Assembly (NCBI GenBank): GCA_041689265.1
Contig: JBDNGP010000021.1
Coordinates: forward strand, 8,572-72,571
Direction: 5' to 3'
From: Verrucomicrobiota bacterium
GTDB lineage: Bacteria > Verrucomicrobiota > Verrucomicrobiia > Limisphaerales > RI-55
DNA: 64,000 nt
A program made the translations under genes and the position numbers. Shown piece by piece: positions 57,001 through 64,000 of the stretch (positions are counted from its first letter, which is position 1; every line of letters begins with the position of its first letter). The notes below the pieces were generated by a model. It did not search any database, was not told the DNA's origin, and saw only the letters and a program-made list of their open reading frames with translations.

Positions 57001-60000
57001 CGGTCACGCCCACGCTCAATTGCGAGAGAGTCGCCGTGCCACTTGCGACGCCGTTTGCGCCCGGTTCAACAATCGCGATTGGGCCGTCGCTGAAGTAGAG
57101 CGTGTCTGGAAAACTGTCCGGGTCGGGAACATCGTTTACCAGAAAGTCCGGGCGCGCGTCGTCACCGGGACGATCGGCCTGGACCGGGTGAATCAGTTCA
57201 TGAATCTCAACACTGTCGATCAACGACAGGTTCGCCGAGCCGAGTGAATCAAGATGTTCAAATGTCGCGGTGTACTCGATGAACTTGCCCTGTAAGCTGG
57301 AGAGGAACAACCACTGCGCCACCTGGCTGGCACCGGGTTCGATGGTGCCAAGATTCGCCGTCAATGTTGGTTCGAACGTTTCATCGCCCACCGTGGTCCC
57401 GATAATTTTGAAATCAATGAGCAGACCCTTTTCATTCTCAATGATCTCCGGCTGAGCCGATGTGATGCGGAAATTCCTGGCAGCGCCCGCACCGATGTTC
57501 TGGGCGATCAAGCCAAGTGCGAACGGTTCGGCCGGCTCGACTTCGTCCGTGAATGGATCATCGCTGAAGACGTCGCGGGACTGGAAGTATTTCAATTTCA
57601 ACCGGGCTTCCGGAAAAACCGTGATGGTGGAAGAGAGCATCGGAACCACGACTTCCACGCCGTTCTCAATGTACCGCAACGTACCACCAATTCGATAATT
57701 GGTCGGTTCAAATTCGGCCGCTTCCCGGGTGGGAATGAAGGTGTATTGCACCGACACACTTGAATCACCGAAGACCGTGCCGCCGCCATCGACATCGGAT
57801 ATTCCGCTCAGTTTCGGGGCGCGCCAAACGAACATGTCCCCCGCCGGGTTGCCCTGTTCATCCCGGAAATCCAATGTCAATCGCACTCCCGAGAGGTCGT
57901 CGATTCCGTCGTTCTCAATTTCCAATGTACCCAGGAACGCCGCACGCGTCATGACCGCCTGCTGCTCGATTCGTATGCGCACCCGTGCACAGACCCCCGC
58001 CGTGTCACCTTCTCCCATGAGTCTTTGGTACCCCATGAGTTGGGGACGAATCAGGGAAGCACCACCGGAGGATCCAAGACATTCAGTATTGGCGTCAGTA
58101 TGGGCTCCGCCAAACCCACCAGCGAAGGCTCCCCAATTGACCGTTCCGTCCAGACCGCCCCCCCCAGTCCCTCCATTGGTGGTACCACTGATGCCATCAA
58201 GCCAATCCTTAATGATATCGCATAAACAACCCACGCTGTCCCACAGCCCGGACGCCGCCCCCGCCGCCGCCCCGGCCAAACCTCCGGTGGCTCCACCAAC
58301 AAGGGTGCGGCAGACGGTCTGGATGGCGGCTTTTTCGCAGTTGCTCAGGTCGGCTCCGGCACAACCCAACAACGCATCAATAACTTCGCATGTCGCAGCC
58401 GCGAGGTTACCTTTGGCGGCGGCAGCCTTTGCGGCGCCAACCAGAGATTTGAAACAATCATAGACAGCTTTGGCTGTGCAAATGGGGGTAAGGTCCGCTT
58501 TCCTTGCCTGGGTTACCTTATTATCGCCACAGGTGTAATCAAATATCACGCCGAGCGAGATCTTGGGAAGACAGTCATGGACCCCAATTTCACAAGTGTC
58601 TTCACCCTGCAACCGCGGTATCGGATCGTGGGCATGGTCGTGATCACCCTGATAACCTGCCAGCTGGATGGCTGGAACTTGCGCGTCATTGCGAAGCTGG
58701 ATCGTAACCGGAATAGTCATCCGGCTCTTGGCAGGAATCGTTCCTATCTCGTCTACCAATGGAATGATCAGGAAGCGCGGATCATTCGGCACGATCACCT
58801 TTACATTTTCCGCTGCGATCAACCCTTCGTTACGAAGCGTGATTTCGAACTGCGTGGCTTCACCCTCAACCACGAGCGGCATGATGAAAGGATTCTCGAT
58901 GATGACATTTGGAATCGGCACCTCCGTTTCGAAGACCGATTCAAGTACGATTCGATAATGATCTTCGATTTCGATCGGTACCACGGACCATTGGTAGGTG
59001 ACGGTCTGGCGTGAAATAAATGCCTCCTTTTCAATTTCGATGCCGGGCACGATGTTAACGGTACTCCGGTGTGTCGTGTGTTTGGTGGCGAACGCTTCCA
59101 CGGTATAGGCTCCCTCTGGAATCCCCGTCAGCAACACCACGCCTGTTTCATCCGTTACGCCCTCCGCGACATCTGCTCCGGAGATGGGATCACGCAGTCG
59201 CACCGTCGCATTGGTGACCTGCGGCGCGCCTTCAACAAAGTACGTGTATTCATCCGTGACACGAACACGGAGATCCCCGAGCGCATCAGAGACCGCCCGG
59301 AATTGAAACGGTATGTTCAATCCGTAGCGACCACCCGCCAACGCCAACTGTCCGTCATAGCGCAGCAATGGCAGATCTGCCGCCGGGTTCAACGTCAATG
59401 TGACCGTCGTCATCTCGCCCGGTGCCAGGCTCGGAATATTCGAGGTGCTGGCGAGTTGTATCCAGGGTTCGTCGGGCAGCAGAACAGCCAGGTCACCGCT
59501 GGGCGATCCACCAACGTTGGAAACTTCAAACGAAACGATCGACTGCGCACCGCGTAGCATGCCCCGTTTCAGAAACGGCGGGTTGGCCACCAACAACGGT
59601 CGAAGTGGTGAGACATCGATGGTCGTGGGAATGCGTGTGACCGCGCCCTCCACCGAGTTGACTTCAAGCGTCATCTGGTAATGCGCCTGATTGGTGATGG
59701 TCGTCAGCGCAGTGTAGTTCAACTGAACCTTGCCGTTGCCAAACAGATCGGACGCGATGCTCAATTGAAAATTAAATCCCTCCGGCGGATCGATGAACGC
59801 GGCGGACAGGCCGGTCAGCAGCTGGTCACTCGCGTTCATGATTTCGATGGTACCGGACTGCGGCTCATTCGGAATCAACCGCCAGCGAACCGACTTCGGA
59901 TTGGCGCGCATTCCGAGCAACCGGAACTGGTCCTGTACTTCATCCTCGTCCACCAGTGGGTGATCCGCGCCAATGCTGTAGATCCCGGCTTCGGTGGGCA

Positions 60001-63000
60001 GCGGCTGGAAGTCGTAGGTGAAATTACCATCACCGTCGGCGAGCACCTGAACAACACGCCGGGTGTTGTTCACGTTCAACCGGATGGTGACCAGCTTGTA
60101 AAGTGCCGGTGAGTCATCCTCCGTATAAAATGCCCGACCATGCATCGGTATCACCGAACCGCTTGGCGCGAAGGCCACGTCGGTCTCGACGGTTGCGCGG
60201 TAGGACGGCGCCACGTCAATTGTCGCAACGGAAACCTGGTTGTTGCGCTCGGACCCTTCGAGCAACGCGTTGTCACTGTCAGTGATGACGATGATGTGAT
60301 AGGTGCCCGGTTGTGATGGAAGAACAATTTCCTGATTACGGACGTAAAATGCGTCGATTCCAAGCGGGGCGGTGGAAGGAACCGACACCGCGAGCAGATC
60401 GTTGCCGAGCTGGTTGTCCGTCGAAATGTAAACTCGATCCGTCCAACTGCCCATGGCCGGTACTTTTCCATTGTTGCTCACGCGCCAAGTGACTTCGGCT
60501 CGCGCATCAGTCCTGCCGGTTGCGGGAACGATAATGTGACTCACCGCCAGATCCGGCAGGTCGCCGTCGGAGATGTTCGCTTTGACAGTCCCCGAGTTGA
60601 ACCCAGTCGCCGCAGCACTTATGAATGCGGACTGAACCCCGTCACTCACCCCGTCCTCGATTCCGTTCACGACGAACGGAATCGAGGATTGTCCCGCTGG
60701 AATCTGCACCGATGTCGGCACCGAAAGTTCCGTGGTATCATCGACCGACAACTGCACCGTTAACGGCTGGCTCGTTTCTGTGTTGCGCGTAACGGTGGCA
60801 TTAAGTGTTTCACCTTCGTTGACCACCTCTTTCTCTGTCGCAAGCGTCAATGTGGGCCCGTCATTATCAAACACATCAATGACATTGGTGGTCGCGCCCT
60901 CTGTCAAAATCCGTCCGTCATCTGCAATCAATCGGGCGATCAAATTGATGGTTCGACTGCCGTTGACCAGTGGGTCGTCGAGCACGTTGATGTTGAACGA
61001 CACTTGGCTGGCCCCAGCAGGAATACTGACGCGCGGCGGCAGCTGAATCGGCGTGGAGGGTTGGGCGATGAGCAGCAACTCAACCGGTCGACCGGTCGGC
61101 ACGGCACGAGAAATAACCCCGGTCGTCGCGGGGCTTTCCGCACCTTCAACCACCGATGCAGCCACTGGCGTGAGCGACAATGCGGGCAAATCGTTGTCCA
61201 CTACATTAATGGTTTGCGATACTGTGTTATAGCCATCAGCTGAGATCTGGAGACTCACCGTCCGGGTGCCGTCGAGTGTCGCGTTGTCCGGTGCTGTGAT
61301 GGTAACCACCGCGATCGATTCTCCGGGTTGCATCGTCACCGTGGTGGGCATGGCCGCGTTCAATGGAAAACTGCTTCCCAAATTAACTTCGAGCGTCTGG
61401 TTGGTGGCCGCGTTGCGGGTGATGTAGCCCAGCGCGTCGCCGTCCCCACCGCCTTCAGTCATTTCCGTGCGCGGCACCTGAAATGTCAGAACCGGGCGAT
61501 CGTTATCGGTGACCACCAGATTTTTGGTCGCGTTGTTAAAACCGGTCGCAACCGCCAGAACATCCACGTTGCGACTGCCGTTCACCACGAAGTCATTGAT
61601 CACTCCAATCCGAAACGATGCGGTTGTTTGACCTGCCAGAATGGTGACGGAGTCCGGCACCGTCACCAGTTCGCTGTCGCCGGACATCAATTGAACAGTC
61701 AATGGCTGGGCCGTGTCGGTGTTTCGAGAAACGTAGCCAAGTGCAGCGTTGGTGCCTCCGGATTCGGAAACGCCCGCCCGCGACAACGTCAGATTTAGAT
61801 TGGCCGGCAGATTGATCGGAGTTGCACCAGCGCTGGTGTTATTGTTGTAATCCGGTTCATAAAACACCCTTCCGGAATTCGCCTTCACCACAAACCAACG
61901 ATCGCTGCTGGCAAATGCCGGCATCGTAACCGACTGCATCAGGACCACCGACTGACCGGAAGGAATCGAACCATTGAAGTTCAGAGTGCCCAGCAGCGTG
62001 TCCCCACCCGGTTGGCTGTCGGACGAAACAAAGATCTGATCGGACCAACTGCCACTGGCCGCGGCAGGACCTATGTTCTCCACCGTCCATGACACCTCGA
62101 CGTTCTCACCGGGCAACGCCGAAGCCGGTCCAGTGACGCCGGAAACCAGGAGATCCGGATAACTTGCGAGCGACGAGGTTGCGGAAACAGTGGCCACGTT
62201 GTTCGTCTCGCCCCCTTTCTGTTCATTATATTCAAACAACCGGTCGCCGTAGTCGGTGGTGACCGTAAACTCCAGAACGCCAGTCCCGGTCGGGCCATCA
62301 GGAATCTGGAAGGCATACTGTCGGTCGCGGCTTTGGCCGGGAGGAATTGGTCCGTCCTCAGGCACCGACGGATCGTAGTTGATCACCGCCGTCTTCAGCG
62401 TCTGGGCAGTGGTGGCGTTTCGAATCACCACCCGTTCCTGAAACAGTTCAGACACGGCCAATGAACCGCTGTTGGTCGTTGCCCAGTTCAAATTGACCAA
62501 TCTCCCGGTGAGCAGCGAAACAGGATCGACGGACAGATCGGTCGGCAACAAATCCGGATAAGGTGCGAGCGAACTCTCTACAGAAGTCGTCGCCGAATTG
62601 TTGTTCTCGGCGTCCTCGGTGGCATGGAATTCAAAGAGACTGTTCACCGCGTCGGTGAGCAGTGTGATGTGCAGCGATCCGGTTCCTGCTTCGCCGTCGG
62701 GAATTTGAAACACGTGCTGTCTCGCCACCGATTGTCCACTGGCCAGCGGACCGGAACTCGAAACATTCTGGTAGATCAGAGAATTGAGAACCGTCAAACC
62801 GGTGTTGGTATTGACGATGGTGATGCGATCATACCACGACAGTGATGCCACTCCTGCACCTTGATTGCGAACCATCCAAGTGATGGTGATTTGCTCCCCG
62901 GACTCGGTCGTCGCTGGGGCAACCTGAAGGTTCTGTATGACCAGATCGGGGTACAAGGACAACCCACTGGCAAAACCCGCTGTGGCGCTGTTGTTGTTCT

Positions 63001-64000
63001 CGGCGAGGACGAGACCATTGTATTCCTTGATCGCATTGTAGCGATCCGCAGTAATGACAACCTCGATGTTCCCAGCGCCGCGGGGTCCGTCGGGCAGCCG
63101 ATAGGTCGCGCTTCGCGAACGGTTCGTTCCCGGCTCGATCAATCCGTTTCCAACGGAACCACTGTTATAGTAAATATTCTGATCAAACAACGTCTCCGCA
63201 GTGGTCAGGTTGTTGATCTGCAGGCGGTCGTAGAACGTTCCGGCGGCGGCGTTGCCACTGTTCGTTGTCTGCCACGTGATGTTCAGCAAACCACCCGACT
63301 GCTTGACGCCGGTGATCTGAACATTGTTGATCTGCAGATCTGCGGCGGAACTGACTTGAACGGCCCGTTGATTGTTGGCCGACGCATCTGTGTCCGGATC
63401 ATATTCGTACAACGCCTGGTTACTGTTCGCCGTCGCCGTGATTTCGAACAAGCCATAGGCATTGGCGTTGTTGGGAATAGTAAATGTCGTCTGACGTATT
63501 CGGTTGTCACCCGATCCAATTGGGCCTCCATCCGTCGCTTCAGTGAATGCGACCTGCTGCGTTTCCAAAGTCACCTGGGTTGCAACATTCCGAAGAATAA
63601 CAGAGTCGGACCAATCGCCTGCCGTTGCCAGATCACCGGTGTTGTCGAGGCGCCACGTGACCGTGACGGTTTCGCCCGGTGACCAACCCCCGGCGGGATC
63701 TACCACCAGGTCTCCCACCTGAAGATCGGGATACGGAGCGAGCGATGAATTGAAGTTGAAACTCGCCAAATTATTCGCTTCGTTGCTTTCGGAGATTCCG
63801 TTCTGCGCGTCGGTAGCGATGGTCACTTGAAGCGTGCCCACGGCGTTGGGGCCATCCCGAAGCGTTACTGTCAACTGCCGACTGCGACTGCCGCCATCGA
63901 GAATCGGACCACTATCGCCTTCGTTGTACGGCAGAAGCGAATCGACCAGCACCACGTTGCCGACGTTTCGAATGGTGATTCGATCCATGAACGAACCACC
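54023..64000 (-). CDS. giant multidomain surface protein/adhesin (partial, N-terminus beyond window end)
   Basis: The ORF is open to the window edge, and more than 3,321 aa are visible. Approximate domain order, N to C: CARDB-like repeats with APYPDL linkers (about 61810-64000); about five Calx-beta repeats (about 60570-61810) and one more CARDB (about 60150-60540); beta-sandwich modules with a CarboxypepD_reg-like unit (about 59070-59230); the Cys/Gly/His-rich module (57988-58650); uncharacterised beta-rich domains; about five SbsA/Big_5-like Ig repeats (about 55150-56770); a cadherin/dystroglycan-like Ig domain (about 54860-55140); and a cohesin-like domain with two C-terminal beta-sandwich domains ending ..FFRARV.. 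and ..IWRFKRQ. Confidence 0.9.
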   Translation of the reverse strand, partial: GGSFMDRITIRNVGNVVLVDSLLPYNEGDSGPILDGGSRSRQLTVTLRDGPNAVGTLQVTIATDAQNGISESNEANNLASFNFNSSLAPYPDLQVGDLVVDPAGGWSPGETVTVTWRLDNTGDLATAGDWSDSVILRNVATQVTLETQQVAFTEATDGGPIGSGDNRIRQTTFTIPNNANAYGLFEITATANSNQALYEYDPDTDASANNQRAVQVSSAADLQINNVQITGVKQSGGLLNITWQTTNSGNAAAGTFYDRLQINNLTTAETLFDQNIYYNSGSVGNGLIEPGTNRSRSATYRLPDGPRGAGNIEVVITADRYNAIKEYNGLVLAENNNSATAGFASGLSLYPDLVIQNLQVAPATTESGEQITITWMVRNQGAGVASLSWYDRITIVNTNTGLTVLNSLIYQNVSSSGPLASGQSVARQHVFQIPDGEAGTGSLHITLLTDAVNSLFEFHATEDAENNNSATTSVESSLAPYPDLLPTDLSVDPVSLLTGRLVNLNWATTNSGSLAVSELFQERVVIRNATTAQTLKTAVINYDPSVPEDGPIPPGQSRDRQYAFQIPDGPTGTGVLEFTVTTDYGDRLFEYNEQKGGETNNVATVSATSSLASYPDLLVSGVTGPASALPGENVEVSWTVENIGPAAASGSWSDQIFVSSDSQPGGDTLLGTLNFNGSIPSGQSVVLMQSVTMPAFASSDRWFVVKANSGRVFYEPDYNNNTSAGATPINLPANLNLTLSRAGVSESGGTNAALGYVSRNTDTAQPLTVQLMSGDSELVTVPDSVTILAGQTTASFRIGVINDFVVNGSRNVDVLAVATGFNNATKNLVVTDNDRPVLTFQVPRTEMTEGGGDGDALGYITRNAATNQTLEVNLGSSFPLNAAMPTTVTMQPGESIAVVTITAPDNATLDGTRTVSLQISADGYNTVSQTINVVDNDLPALSLTPVAASVVEGAESPATTGVISRAVPTGRPVELLLIAQPSTPIQLPPRVSIPAGASQVSFNINVLDDPLVNGSRTINLIARLIADDGRILTEGATTNVIDVFDNDGPTLTLATEKEVVNEGETLNATVTRNTETSQPLTVQLSVDDTTELSVPTSVQIPAGQSSIPFVVNGIEDGVSDGVQSAFISAAATGFNSGTVKANISDGDLPDLAVSHIIVPATGRTDARAEVTWRVSNNGKVPAMGSWTDRVYISTDNQLGNDLLAVSVPSTAPLGIDAFYVRNQEIVLPSQPGTYHIIVITDSDNALLEGSERNNQVSVATIDVAPSYRATVETDVAFAPSGSVIPMHGRAFYTEDDSPALYKLVTIRLNVNNTRRVVQVLADGDGNFTYDFQPLPTEAGIYSIGADHPLVDEDEVQDQFRLLGMRANPKSVRWRLIPNEPQSGTIEIMNASDQLLTGLSAAFIDPPEGFNFQLSIASDLFGNGKVQLNYTALTTITNQAHYQMTLEVNSVEGAVTRIPTTIDVSPLRPLLVANPPFLKRGMLRGAQSIVSFEVSNVGGSPSGDLAVLLPDEPWIQLASTSNIPSLAPGEMTTVTLTLNPAADLPLLRYDGQLALAGGRYGLNIPFQFRAVSDALGDLRVRVTDEYTYFVEGAPQVTNATVRLRDPISGADVAEGVTDETGVVLLTGIPEGAYTVEAFATKHTTHRSTVNIVPGIEIEKEAFISRQTVTYQWSVVPIEIEDHYRIVLESVFETEVPIPNVIIENPFIMPLVVEGEATQFEITLRNEGLIAAENVKVIVPNDPRFLIIPLVDEIGTIPAKSRMTIPVTIQLRNDAQVPAIQLAGYQGDHDHAHDPIPRLQGEDTCEIGVHDCLPKISLGVIFDYTCGDNKVTQARKADLTPICTAKAVYDCFKSLVGAAKAAAAKGNLAAATCEVIDALLGCAGADLSNCEKAAIQTVCRTLVGGATGGLAGAAAGAASGLWDSVGCLCDIIKDWLDGISGTTNGGTGGGGLDGTVNWGAFAGGFGGAHTDANTECLGSSGGASLIRPQLMGYQRLMGEGDTAGVCARVRIRIEQQAVMTRAAFLGTLEIENDGIDDLSGVRLTLDFRDEQGNPAGDMFVWRAPKLSGISDVDGGGTVFGDSSVSVQYTFIPTREAAEFEPTNYRIGGTLRYIENGVEVVVPMLSSTITVFPEARLKLKYFQSRDVFSDDPFTDEVEPAEPFALGLIAQNIGAGAARNFRITSAQPEIIENEKGLLIDFKIIGTTVGDETFEPTLTANLGTIEPGASQVAQWLFLSSLQGKFIEYTATFEHLDSLGSANLSLIDSVEIHELIHPVQADRPGDDARPDFLVNDVPDPDSFPDTLYFSDGPIAIVEPGANGVASGTATLSQLSVGVTATMPTGWGYLVMNDPGPGLELWKVVDSNDRELLVNKNVWTTDRTFPSSIAGAVRENKLHILDYDGTGSYTLYYRPTESIPPEIVSIAGPTPLLQTGPVASVDVEFSELIDLSTFGVEDLFLSLNSGANLIDGSVTVTEIGVGEYRIGGLTAATGGDGNYLLVVDAAGIEDLAGNPGIGMASTGWAKGSGAPVVVGLGPVLPNPRNTPVTQIDVEFSSDMNPTTIDLNDVSLRLDGGANLIDNGVTITPLDARRFRIGGLNGLTLSGGLYDLTVSATGVEDDLGSSGVGQLSASWLTVTTGPAFADIERLATNPRNIVVLSLDVFFQSPINSATFDYRDLRITRDVGQNLVTGEVVVNKIDATTYRISNFNWVIGQQGTYTLTVDAAGIQDMAGNVGSGSISETWEMITTRPIPPQNLALVPDLGKSSTDLLINNLKPNLQGTAARTGLTLRVRDMTLDQDLGAFPVTGTTFSAPLNFAQQGTHRLKVNLIDNAANVSTDVYMNVFIDTTPPLATVDPVTPTPRNTPVNSVVVRFSEAMNQNSFALADATLKRDSSANLIAAPISWTKISTNVYSIGDLSGVTDAPGNYTLTFNLAGLEDEAGNPGIGSSIVAWQRSGANTKPTIASIPNLVGEVGVLMLHTNTASDVDLPANQLIWSLDPGAPGNANIDQDRGVFSWRPARAQAPGDYPVTVRVTDNGVPSLSDTRLFTVSVGDYSEVVVGTTIVESGTTGIIPLTLLSSTGVTNVSMKLSLPGSRFTNLRLTQPLAQSAASTITPLPNDLNLVEFRINEGLTIVGSNRLAFLEFDAVADQQSAFVPLTIDEFTAPKADGTFAPNILTTDGRIIVVDKEPLLESVRTNGQPRVLIYGRAGDAFEIDVTENISGTWTMHRRVPMTSNRHTLTLGDPSGASSQFFRARVFTPNPPLMELLPLTNGWFRVVGYGEPELNYLIESNNSASPTGWVPVIDGPLTNSFWLQEVDTKTGTSKIWRFKRQ
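57988..58650 (-). other. Cys/Gly/His-rich module inside the giant protein
   Basis: The module has GDHDHAHD followed by 13 Cys in about 200 aa (CEIGVHDC, YTCGDN, PICTAKAVYDC, ATCEVIDALLGCAGADLSNCEKAAIQTVC, VGCLC, TECLG, GVCARV). Between them are Ala/Gly helices and glycine-zipper-like runs (LVGGATGGLAGAAAGAASG, GGTGGGGLDG, GAFAGGFGGA). By eye there are no Cys elsewhere in the visible protein. Confidence 0.8.

Noticed and set aside
58520-58531. The TCGDN motif in the Cys-rich module resembles the alpha2-macroglobulin/complement thioester CGEQ.
   Set aside because: Asp-Asn replaces Glu-Gln, no surrounding thioester-domain features are recognisable, and no Cys-Asn thioester is known to me. I treat it as coincidence unless structure prediction says otherwise.

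Overview
This 64-kb chromosomal segment has visibly about 55-60% GC. Its gene content suggests a PVC-superphylum, Verrucomicrobia-like bacterium: PVC-type heme-binding dehydrogenase, DUF1080, several sulfatases, PEP-CTERM signalling, an H1-like nucleoid protein and a giant Cys-poor adhesin. This taxonomic call is an inference. I support about 45 protein-coding units. They include a DinG helicase, ApgM phosphoglycerate mutase, and a putative sulfated-glycan utilisation cluster at 9.6-17.6 kb. There is also a PrsK/PrsR-like two-component pair, an LPS/lipid A block (lpxK, lpxL-like, GT9 heptosyltransferase), and an FAD-oxidoreductase::SelD fusion. Further units are CysE, an orphan GspE/PilB-type ATPase, a response-regulator/DUF4388 operon, two more hydrolases and a sulfatase-HEAT protein. 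The window ends in an EF-hand/dehydrogenase/cytochrome c protein, an FG-GAP propeller, and a surface protein of more than 3,321 aa that runs off the window end. I found no rRNA, tRNA, CRISPR array, transposase, integrase or canonical defence system. Five observations deserve the most attention. (1) All 13 cysteines of the giant protein sit in one ~200-aa Cys/Gly/His-rich module. (2) A 156-bp palindrome-bounded element is inserted in frame inside dinG, and related GACAGG..CCTGTC palindromes occur elsewhere. (3) A 49-aa Lys/Ala-rich histone H1-like gene, missed by the ORF track, has its own promoter and terminator. (4) A gene-decay zone at 32.9-37.9 kb holds a selA relic beside the selD fusion, a perfect (GTCACG)9 microsatellite and two multi-lesion pseudogenes, one of them a VIT-vWA PEP-CTERM protein. 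(5) An AT-richer accessory patch at 6.7-9.6 kb holds gene fragments, small membrane proteins, an inverted-repeat element and a truncated flavin reductase. All family assignments come from motif recognition by eye and need HMM or BLAST confirmation.
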